Below the pieces are notes generated by a model that did no database searches, had not been told where the DNA came from, and saw only the letters and a program-made list of their open reading frames with translations. A stretch of 64,000 bases of DNA, from positions 7,378,001 through 7,442,000 of the forward strand of contig CATNEN010000038.1 in the NCBI GenBank assembly GCA_950097015.1. Reading direction: 5' to 3'. Position 1 is the stretch's first letter. The number at the start of each line of letters is the position of its first letter. Shown piece after piece: positions 40,701 to 52,700 of the stretch. Made by a program: the position numbers and the translations under genes. This DNA comes from Macrostomum hystrix. Taxonomy: Eukaryota; Animalia; Platyhelminthes.

Positions 40701-43700
40701 ACAAGTTAGAACATGTTAGACAAGTTAGAACATGTTAGACAAGTTAGAACCTGCTAGACAAGTTAGAACATGTTAGACAAGTTAGAACATGTTAGACAAG
40801 TTAGAACATGTTAGACAAGTTAGAACATGTTAGACAAGTTAGAACCTGCTAGACAAGTTAGAACATGTTAGACAAGTTAGAACATGTTAGACAAGTTAGA
40901 ACCTGCTAGACAAGTTAGAACATGTTAGACAAGTTAGAACATGTTAGACAAGTTAGAACCTGCTAGACAAGTTAGAACATGTTAGACAAGTTAGAACATG
41001 TTAGACAAGTTAGAACCTGCTAGACAAGTTAGAACATGTTAGAATATTTCCAAATTGTTCGACAAGAAATTTAAACTAATTACATGTAGAAAAAAATGAA
41101 TGAAAATTGTTTGCATAGGCCAGGATTCGAACCAGGGAACTCACCGACTGGCGGACACGGCGGTAATCTCTGGGAAGGACAGCTCCAGTAGCACCTGTTC
41201 CATGTCGTCAACCACAAACACGCCTGTCCAATTCACAGCAATGATGACGTCATTCTTAGGCAACGAGGGGCCGCTGAACTTGTAGGCCTCATAAAACCGC
41301 GAGAACAGCAGCGGCCATTTGAACTTGGCGAAGTTCACAATGTCCTCTTTGACGCGCAGCTGCGACGAGCGGTCCTTCAAGAAGTAGGCCTTGCGGAAGG
41401 CCTGCGACACCGCCTGCAGCCAGTAGCTGGCGCCGCCGCCGCGGCCACCGCTGCTGAGGCTGCTATCCGGCACGTAGGACGGCAAGAGGCTCTGCAGACG
41501 GTCCTGCATCAGGTCCGGCCCACTGTCGATATAGTACTCCTGCGCTGCGATCATGGCCAGATCTTCGTCCTGCAATCGAAGAAAGTCAATTCAAAATTAA
41601 GCGATTTTCGATGCATATCGGCACTGCCACTTTTGTATTAAAATATCAATACATATCGCCTAGGGCCGCATTTCTATCAAATATCTTCTTTACCACATTG
41701 ATTGGTACATATCTGCTAGTGCGCAATACTATATACAAAATTAGGTTCACTACCTGGATTTTAAAAGTTTCTATACACACCGGTAATGCACCTTTCTATG
41801 CAAAATTTACTTCACAAGCTTGATTTTTCAATTTTCGTTACATATCGGATGCCTCAGAATACAAAATAATAACAATGATACAAACGCAGCATACTACTGA
41901 CCTTCTCGCATCTGTACTCGCCGAATTTGATGCCCCGTACCACCTGCTGATAGATGAGGTTGGTGGCCACCGGATCCTCGGCCGGGTCGTGCCAGGGCGC
42001 GAAGATCTCCTTGCGGTAGAAGAGGCGCCAGGGCGCGTTGCGCTCCTGAGTGCCCTGCTCCTTGGCGTACTGTTCGCACTGGCTGATGGCGTCCATGACG
42101 TGATCGCCGCCGCTGCCCAAGGATGAGACCTTGTCGAACAGGGCGATGTACAGTGAGAAGCCGAAGCGGTCGGTCAGGCCGATCTTCTCGGCGAGGCCCT
42201 GGCAGAGCTCCTCAGCCGTGGTGGCAGAGTCGGCCATTAGGGTCTCAGTGTTGCCATCCATGAAGGTGATTGGCAGGGACAGGGGCCGCTTGTTCTTTGT
42301 GGCCTGCAGCTCCAGCCAGCTGGGCGGCTGGTTGCGGGTGCCGTTGACGAAGGTGCGCTGAAGGCGGTTCTCGCAGTAGGGCGCGTAGCCGGGCGGTCCC
42401 TCGCGGATGAAGTTGCGCAGGTAGCGAACGAATTTCTCAGACGGAGCGAAGCAGCCAACGCAGAGGGAGAGCAGAATCCAACCGCGGGCTAGGCTGACCT
42501 GGAGATGAAAGATTTTTCGATACATATCGGCCCTTATTGGTTATAAAGTTAACTTTAGTTTTCATTCTGATTCTTATATTCTGGGGTTGTAGCCTAGTGG
42601 TTAGGGCGTCAAAGTCATGACTTGAAGGTCGGGGGTTCGATCCTGACTCCATTGGAGCAGTTTGTGTCTTCTAGCAAGACACTTAACTCTGCATTGCTTC
42701 AGTTTACACAGCTAACTGTAAAGGGTACCAACATCAGCTGGTGCAATTGAGGGTGGGTGTGGCGTCCCCCCAGTCCGTGGACTGAACAAGCCGTACTCAA
42801 CTTTCAGAGGCGCCGCGCAATAGCTGCGGAATTAACCGAACCAAGAATAAGTAGTAAACGTTGCATATTGTTATCATTATTTAAAGAAGCAAAAATTCAC
42901 CTTATTAGGGTTCTGGGTGAGTTGCTTGCAGATCTGGCAGTAGATTTCATCGCGCAGCTCCGGTCTCAGGATGCCGTTGCCAATGATAAAGTGCAGCTTC
43001 TCCAGATTGCTGGTTGGACGATCCTCGAGCAGGTCGTTGCTGCCGGGATTGAAGTCGCCTTCGCGCAGGCGATTCACAACGCCATCAGTTAGCTTGGATT
43101 TCTTCTTTAGCGTCAGCGACACCAGCTTCTTGCGAATGCTGCGCTTGCCGCTGGATCGCTGCGAGGAGGACAGGCCGGGATCTTTCTCCAGCTCGCCGGC
43201 CAGCTTAGCGGCCTCTTCAACCTCTTTCTGATTGAAGCGACGACCGAGAGTTGAGTAGATTTTGGTCATCACTGGCGTGTGATTGTCGCGCGAGTCGCCA
43301 ACTGTCAGGCGCGGCTCCGGCAGGTCAGACATGAAACTGCGCGAATGAGGACCGATTCGAAATGGAAGATTTTCGATACATATCGGCTGAAGGAAAAACA
43401 ACATCTGAGATAGCAGGCTTTTCGATACATATCGGATGAAGTAACTTTAAACTATACATTTGGGGAGCCTATAGCATAATTTAACGCAATATCAGGCATA
43501 GCACGCTTTCCGATACATATCGGAAAAGCAACTTTTGACATTCATCTGGCATTTTCGATACATATAGGCTATACTACGATAATATAGGGTATCAGCATAT
43601 CAGCAAAGTGGTATTTTAAACTAAAGCAGGCATAGCGTTTTTTATACAAAGCGGTTAAAAGACATACAAAAACAAGTACAAGGCTGAAAAAATGTTTTCA

Positions 43701-46700
43701 ACACATATCGGCCCGCCCACTCACCGGAGAATTGTGATCCAGACGGCCAGGGCTGCAATCTGGTCGCCCTCATTCTTGACAGCCGTCAGCGGCTGCTTCA
43801 GGGCCCTTCTATTGTGCGTGTGCGTGGCGTTGCCCTGAAAGTAGGTGGCAGCGAACTTGGCGAACCGGTACTCGCTGATGTCCTCGTCGGCTCCCGGCAC
43901 CGCCAGCAGCTCCGCTGAGGACGACGAGTTGGCCGCGGCGGCGGCTCGCTCGAGGGCGCGCCGACGCGATTCCTCAAGATCGCGGAAGGCCTGCGGCGCG
44001 GCGCCGTCCTCGTGCTCGGTGTCGATGAAGCCAAAGATCTCCTCCACCATCTTGGAGTCATCGACCGGTTCGTTCTTGCGCCTCTCAGCCAGCTCGATGG
44101 CCTCCTTCTTCTTGACGGCCTCGCGCCGCTGCTGCATATCGGCCTCCTGGCTCTCCCTGTCTAGCTGGGCGAGCCGCTCCTGCGAATGACAACGAAACGG
44201 CGAAATTGGCGATTGGCTATCAGAACGATTGGATCTGCGGCGAAGGCTATAGCTGGCGCTGCGGCTACGGCGACAGGGCGACATTAGCCGGCGCAGCATT
44301 GTGCCTATGCGATCTGCACTAAACACAGCCCCCCCTCTGTAGAGATCTGTTTGATTAAATAGACACTCCACAGACAGACCACCATTGCTGCCGCAACAGA
44401 GGCAGCGCTAATTAATTCTAAGAACCAAATCTGTCCTGTCAACACATTCGGAATGTGCATTCATGTGCACTTTCCTCAGTAGCTGCTCTTAGGGTAGGTA
44501 ATACAATACCGCCCTCCACAGTGCAGAAAAAACGGCTGTGAAACCTACGTTTGAGATTCTTTGCCAAAAATGAAAAAATATGTTACAGGGTCAAAGATTG
44601 GGTAGATCGAAAAATGTAGACTATAGAGTAGATCCAGAAAGGTAGACTATAGAGTAGATCTAGAAGGGTAGACTAATGAGTAGATCAAGAAGGGTAGACT
44701 ATTGAGTAGATCTACAAGGGTAGACTATAGAGTAGATCAAGAAGGGTAGACTATAGAGTAGATCAAGAAGGGTAGACTATAGAGTAGATCAAGAAGGGTA
44801 GACTATAGAGTAGATCTACAAGGGTAGACTATAGAGTAGATCTAGAAGGGTAGACTATAGAGTAGATCTACAAGGGTAGACTATAGAGTAGATCAAGAAG
44901 AGTAGACTATAGAGTAGATCACAAGGGTAGACTATAGAGTAGATCTACAAGGGTAGACTATAGAGTAGATCTACAAGGGTAGACTATAGAGTAGATCAAG
45001 AAGGGTAGACTATAGAGTAGATCTACAAGGGTAGACTATAGAGTAGATCAAGAAGGGTAGACTATAGAGTAGATCAAGAAGGGTAGACTATAGAGTAGAT
45101 CTAGATGGGTAGACTATAGATTAGATCAAGAAGGGTAGACTATAGAGTAGATCTAGAAGGGTAGACTATAGAGTAGATCTAGATGGGTAGACTATAGAGT
45201 AGATCTAGATGGGTAGACTATAGAGTAGATCTAGATGGGTAGACTATAGAGTAGATCAAGAAGGGTAGACTATAGAGTAGATCTAGAAGGGTAGACTATA
45301 GAGTAGATCTAGATGGGTAGACTATAGAGTAGATCAAGAAGGGTAGACTATAGAGTAGATAGAGTAGATCAAGTAGTTAGGACAAAGCTAGGCACAACCC
45401 ACGGTAAAATTTCATAATTGGAATAAATTCGGTAAACTAGAGCCACTCACCAGGTGGGCCTTCTCAGCCTCAATCTTGGCCTTCTCAGATCCCTTCTCCC
45501 GCTTCAACCGCTCCTCCATCTCCCTCTTGAGCTTCTCGGCCTCAAGCCGTTTGCCGTGCCGCAGGCGCAGGTTCGCGTAGTTCTTCTGGGCGATGAAGCG
45601 GCGAATATTGGCCTGCAGTTTCACAACGGAGGCAAGGCGGTTGCGGCAGCGATTGCGGGCCAGGTAGCCGCGAGCATAGCGCTGCAGATTCACAACTAGG
45701 ACGCGGGAGCGCTGAAAGGCGGCGTTGAGCTGGCGAGCTCGAAGCACCGCTTGCATGCGGAGGAAACCGGTGCGCTGGCTGCTCGTGGCGGGGGAGGGGA
45801 AGAGGAGTCACGTGACCGATTCGAATAATCCTTTTTACTGATAGCTGAAAACATCAACCAGATTTTTTATCAGTCTACCTGTTTACTGAATCAGCCTACC
45901 TGATTACTGAATCAGTCTACCTGATTACTGAATCAGTCTACCTGATTACTGAATCAGTCTACCTAATTACTGAATCAGTCTACTGATTACTGAATTAGTC
46001 TACCTGATTACTGAATCAGTCTACTGATTACTGAATTAGTCTACCTGATTACTGAATCAGTCTACCTGATTACTGAATTAGTCAACCTGATTACTGAATC
46101 AGTCTACCTGATTACTGAATTAGTCAACCTGATTACTGAATCAGTCTAACTGTTACTGAATCAGTCTAACTGTTACTGAATCAGTCTAACTGTTACTGAA
46201 TCAGTCTAACTGTTACTGAATCAGTCTAACTGTTACTGAATCAGTCTAACTGTTACTGAATCAGTCTAACTGTTACTGAATCAGTCTAACTGTTACTGAA
46301 TCAGTCTAATTGTTACTGAATCAGTCTGACTGTTACTGAATCAGTCTAACTGTTACTGAATCAGTCTAACTGTTACTGAATCAGTCTAATTGTTACTGAA
46401 TCAGTCTAACTGTTACTGAATCAGTCTAACTGTTACTGAATCAGTCTAATTGTTACTGAATCAGTCTAACTGTTACTGAAGCAGTCTAACTGTTACTGAA
46501 TCAGTCTAATTGTTACTGAATCAGTCTAACTGTTACTGAATCAGTCTAACTGTTACTGAATCAGTCTAACTGTTACTGAATCAGTCTAACTGTTACTGAA
46601 TCAGTCTAATTGTTACTGAATCAGTCTAATTGTTACTGAATCAGTCTAACTGTTACTGAATCAGTCTAACTGTAACTGAATCAGTCTAACTGTTACTGAA

Positions 46701-49700
46701 TCAGTCTAACTGTTACTGAATCAGTCTAACTGTTACTGAATCAGTCTAACTGTTACTGAATCAGTCTAACTGTTACTGAATCAGTCTAACTAAGCACAAA
46801 TGTTCTCACCGCAGGTATCTTCGCCTGGCCAGGAACATGCGCACCCAGGCCTGGATGCGACAGGCGGACCGCCGCATCGCCAGGAACCGCTTCCTGTAGA
46901 AATAGCCCCGCCAGCGCTTCTGAATGACCACAATCTTCTTCGTCAGCTGACGGTCTCGCTCCTAAATAACGCGAATGAATTAAAAATTCACTTCTTGTGG
47001 CAACCTAAACAGCCCGACTCACAGATACCTCTAATTAAATAATTTTACAAACCAACTACTAATCCCTAGATGAAACCATTCACAGATCCCCTAATCAGAC
47101 CATTCACAGATCCCCTAATGAGACCATTCACAAATCCCCTAATGACACCATTCACAGATCCCCTAATGAGACTAATCACAGATCCCAAGTGACACCATTC
47201 ACAGATCCCAAATGAAACCATTCACAGATCCCCTAATGAGACCATTCACAGATCCCCTAATGAGACCATTCACAGATCCCCTACCCGTATAAAACGAAAT
47301 GGTCACAAAAAAGGGCTGTGACCGTTCCACTTGTGACCGTGGTCCGTAACGCTGGTGACCGTTTAATGTGACCGTTCATGTTCATGAAGATAGGGTCACC
47401 AAGTTACCGTTCACTGTGACCATACTTTGTGACCGATTGCAGGGTCACCATGTGACCGTTCACTGTGACCATATTTTGTGACCGTTATGTTCAGGGTCAC
47501 CATGTGACCGTTCACTGTGACCATATTTTGTGACCGTTATGTTCAGGGTCACCATGTGACCGTTCACTGTGACCATATTTTGTGACCGTTATGTTCAGGG
47601 TCACCATGTGACCGTTCACTGTGACCATATTTTGTGTGACCATTCTGTGTGTCCGTTGTGTGACTGGCAGTAGCACCAGAAAATAGTAACAAGAAAAAAA
47701 TCTATACATCTGAATATACTTAATATTTATTATGAATTATATCAAATGTAAAATGCCATGACTTTCTTTATATTGATAAAAAGGCAGTAGTGGCAGTAGC
47801 AAAAATAGCCAGTAAAATATAGCTAGTAAAAAGTCGCTGTATTTGTATGGGCAAACTGCCCGCGCATCAAATGCCATAACTTTTTATATGTAAATATTGG
47901 TATCGATGGTTATAAGCAATTTTAGGAAACATATAAAGGTACAAGGTGTAATTAGTTACTGGCACTACCTGCTTTCCAGCCAGCTTTCACTGGACACTTT
48001 GCATCACTTGTTTTGCTATGTTCAGCAACTATTGTTGGCCGTGTCATGCTTCATAATTTTCTGCACACCAAAGGCTGCGGCTTCGTCGTCGTCGCCACTG
48101 TCGTCGTCCTCCTTGGCGTCAACGTCACCGCCGTCAAGGTCAAGTTCCTTGGCGCTGTCAAGGTCACCGCCGCCTTCTTCATCACCGGCTTCCTTCCTTC
48201 CGCCCTTGTTCCTTCCAGTGCGACCGCTGGGTGTCACTTTGAGTGGTGACTTCAATTTTCGGGCAGCACAGAAGGCAGTGCGCTTGAAAATCGTGGCATA
48301 GGACTTCTTCGGAAATTCCTCAGGGAACTTTAGCCCACTTATAAAAGCCTTAATGGCGAACTTTTTCTTCTTAGATACTTCCGGCTTCGGCGGCGGACCA
48401 TCCTTTTTTGGCTAGCGGCCGGTGTAGGAACGGGTCGTTAGCTCCTCGTTTGAGAAGACTGCTCGGTACAGGGTCCGGAGCATTTTATCGCCGTCTGTAC
48501 TGCTGAAACCTCCCTTCACATAGACAGACACCGCACGCTTGATCTGTTCATAGTCGGCGGCCGACACAACGACGTCGGGGCAGCGCGCTGTCAAGGCCCT
48601 TGTCTCGGGTGCACGCTTCTGCTGCTTTGCTGACGCCAATTGGATCTGGGCGCGAAGTTCTCTATCGTCCAGCAACGGAACAGACGCCGCGGCAGAGACG
48701 CCGCCAACAGATGCCGCGGCAGAAGCGCCGCCAGCAGTACTGCTGCCTAGCACGTCAGTACTGTCTTCAACCGTGACATCCATGCCACTGATGCCGGTAG
48801 AAATTGCGCGTTGTAGTACCTCAATGGCAGAAAACACGGCGTCCTGCAGCACCACGGTGTACTTAGCAACAGCACCGCCTTCTTCCGACCTCGAATGTTC
48901 GACCCCGCTCTGGGCATGCTCCAGCTCACACTGCAGCTCACGGATTCTGATGACGGCGGCTTCCCATTTTTCCTTATACGCAGTCTGCTCATATTCAGCA
49001 TCGTCAAGCCGGTGGTTCAATTCTTCGATCTGCCGTCCCTGGCTTTCTCTGTAGCCGTCGGCAGTCTGCTGCGCTAACTCTGCTGCTGTCCGGAGGTTCA
49101 AAACCTCCTGCCGGAGCGCCTGGCAGGTGGTGCAGCTGTTAGGAAGGTTGATACCTGCCGGCCTCTGCACCGCTTGACAGGCACTGGCACCAGCCTCTGC
49201 AGCCGCCTTTGTGCGGTATGGCCCTTTGCATACACGCACGCGGTAGGCCTTGCCTACGGTGAACGGTCACATGGTGACCCTGAACATAACGGTCACAAAA
49301 TATGGTCACAGTGAACGGTCACATGGTGACCCTGAACATAACGGTCACAAAATATGGTCACAGTGAACGGTCACATGGTGACCCTGAACATAACGGTCAC
49401 AAAATATGGTCACAGTGAACGGTCACATGGTGACCCTGAACATAACGGTCACAAAATATGGTCACAGTGAACGGTCACATGGTGACCCTGAACATAACGG
49501 TCACAAAATACGGTCACAGTGAACGGTCACATGGTGACCCTGAACATAACGGTCACAAAATACGGTCACAGTGAACGGTCACATGGTGACCCTGAACATA
49601 ACGGTCACAAAATACGGTCACAGTGAACGGTCACATGGTGACCCTGAACATAACGGTCACAAAGTATGGTCACAGTGAACGGTCACATGGTGACCCTGAA

Positions 49701-52700
49701 GATAACTGTCACAAAATATGGTCACAGTGAACGGTCACATGGTGACCCTGAACATGACGGTCACAAAATACGGTCACAGTGAACGGTCACATGGTGACCC
49801 TGAACATGACGGTCACAAAATACGGTCACAGTGAACGGTCACATGGTGACCCTGAACATGACGGTCACAAAATACGGTCACAGAGAACGGTCACATGGTA
49901 ACCCTGAACATAACGGTCACAAAATACGGTCACAATGAACGGTCACATGGTGACCCGGACAAATGGTCACATTTTATGGACACCAAGTGGTAACATGAGA
50001 CCATGGCGGTCACAAAACGTGGTCACTAACGGTAACATGTGACCATGACAGTCACAACAACGGTCACAGCCCCTTTTTTGTGACCATTCCGTTTTATACG
50101 GGCTAATGACACCAATCCCAGATCCCCTAATGAGACCAATCACAGATCCCAAATGACACTATTCACAGATCCCTAATGACAGCCATTCACAGATCCCAAA
50201 ATGACACCATTCACAGATCCCCTAATTACACCATTCACAGATCCCCTAATGACACCATTCACAGATCCCCTAATGACACTAATCACAGATCCCAATTGAA
50301 ACCATTCACAGATCCCCTAATTACACCATTCACAGATCCCCTAATTACATCATTCACAGATCCCCTAATGACACTAATCACAGATCCCAAATGAAACCAT
50401 TCACAGATCCCCTAATGAGACCATTTACAGATCCCCTAATGAGACCATTCACAGATCCCCTAATGAGACCAATCACAGATCCCAAATGACTCCAATCACA
50501 GATCCCAAATGACACCATTCACAGATCCCGAAATGAACTGGTGGGCGCTCACCTGTTCAAGGAAGACATCGTGCGCATCCTTGAGGAAGACCTTGGTCTT
50601 GCCCAGCTGCACATCCTGTCCGGCCAGCACCTGTTTGCAGATGGTGGCGCATGCGTCGCGCAAATTTTTGCACACCTTCGAGGTTGGAATGCCGTCAACC
50701 AGGACCCGGTAGCGATCGACGAAGTCGGCGAACTGGTGGCGGATCGGGTAGCCGGCGCGGCGAATCCGGATGGTTTCCATCATGCCCGAGTAGCGCAGCT
50801 GACGCACGCACAGCTCACGATCGAAGGTCAGCGGCTTCTTTAACTCGTTCGGTTTTATGCAGCGGACAAAGAACGGCTGGCACTGGGTGAGGGTCTTCAT
50901 CAGGGCCTCCAGTGATTTCTTGAACTGCAGGCTCAGTGTTGGAGCCCGCTTTCTGGTTTCTACGCCCTAGAAAAATGTGTATTGATTAAATAATCTTAGA
51001 GTCGACGGTGGGAGTAACTATGAATTAAAAACTGACAACAGATGACTCGTCATCTAATTAGTACGTCATTAGCACTAGCACATACGAGAAATACTGCAAG
51101 ACACGAAATCCAGAGTGGCAAATAATTAAGCAGCAGAGATTGCATTGCAAGCAGATAGAGACATGCGCTTAAATGATTCGAGTTCATGAAAAAATTGCTT
51201 TTACAGTCAAGACAATTGCAAATCTCATACTGTAAAATACAATAAGCGAAATTGAATCTAAAATGATTGGATCCGAGCACGCACACAGTGCAAAAGTTAA
51301 CCCTGAAGGACCTGAGGTGCCCTGAAGGATCTGAGGTGTCCTGAAGGACCTGAGGTGTCCTGAAGGATCTGAGGTAACCATGAAGGATCTGAGGTGTCCT
51401 GAAGGACCTGAGGTGCCCTGAAGGATCTGAGGTAACCATGAAGGATCTGAGGTGTCCTGAAGGACCTGAGGTGCCCTGAAGGATCTGAGGTAACCATGAA
51501 GGATCTGAGGTGTCCTGAAGGATCTGAGGTAACCCTGAAGGATTTGAGGTGTCCTGAACGAACTGAGGTAACACTGAAGGATCTGAGGTAACCCTGAAGG
51601 ATCTACGGTAACCCTGAAGGATCTGGGGTAACCCTAAAGAATCCAAGTTAACCCTGAAGGATCTGAGGTAACCCTGAAGGATCCAAGGTAACCCTGAAGG
51701 ATCTAAGGTAGCCCTGAAGGATCTGAGGCAACCCTGAAGGATCCAAGGTAACCCTGAAGGACCTAAGGTAGCCCTGAAGGATCACAGGTAACCCTGAAGG
51801 AGCTGAGGTAATCCTGAAGTATCCAATGGTAACCCTGAAGGATCTGGGGTAGCCCTGAAGGATCTGAGGCAACCCTGAAGGATCCAAGTTAACCCCGAAG
51901 ATTCCAATATAACCCTGAAGAATCCAAGGTAACTCTAAAGGCTCTGATGTAACCTGATATAGCCTGAAGAATCTGTGTTTAACATGACCCTGAAGATATG
52001 GGGATAAACTCCTAAAATCCTAGAGGTAATTGCAATAAGGCAGTCAATACTATTTTGGAACAACGAAACAAATATTATCTATCAGGTGCCAGAAAGATAA
52101 ATTATGTTCATAAAAATTTTGTGTCGGGAAAAACACAACACTGCTTAAAATTGTCTAACAAGCAAACCTTCAGTTGGACGTCCTGAAATATAATTATGTA
52201 GACTCGTCAAATAACCTCATTATGCTACTGCCCACTGTAAAAAAGTAGAAATAAAAGAACATGTAACTGTAAAAGCGAATTTGCTTTTGCTGTGCCAGCG
52301 CTTTTCATAGCCGAGATCACAATTTTACCTTAGCAAAATCGGCATGCATTACATAGATCAACAAATGTATAATTGATACATTGCCATTACCAGATCATTT
52401 GATGCACTCCAAAAATGATGAAAAAACTGTCCTTAACTGTAACAATTGTTTGTAAAATTATTTCTAAACACCTTAAAAAAGGTTGCGTTATATTGAATTG
52501 ACCAATTTTCCATGAATTTATTTTATCACTGAATCCATTAACTTGATAAATGAATCATTCTACTGATTACTGAAGTAGTCTACCTGTTTACCAAATCAAT
52601 CTACTTGATTTCTGAACAAGTCTACTTGATTACTGAATCAATATACCTGATTACTGAATCAATATACCTGATTACTGAATCAATAAACCTGATTACTGAA

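Larger units (their letters stand above)
47284..50102 (-). mobile_element. 2.8-kb non-autonomous TIR DNA transposon (CMC/EnSpm-like architecture) in a myosin VIIA intron
   Basis: ~43-bp TIRs CCCGTATAAAACG(A/G)AATGGTCACAAAAAAGGG.. at 47284-47326 and 50059-50102. 3-bp TSD CTA. Inverted 52-bp subterminal arrays. It interrupts a 24-bp minisatellite that resumes in register. The superfamily call is inference. Confidence 0.88.
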
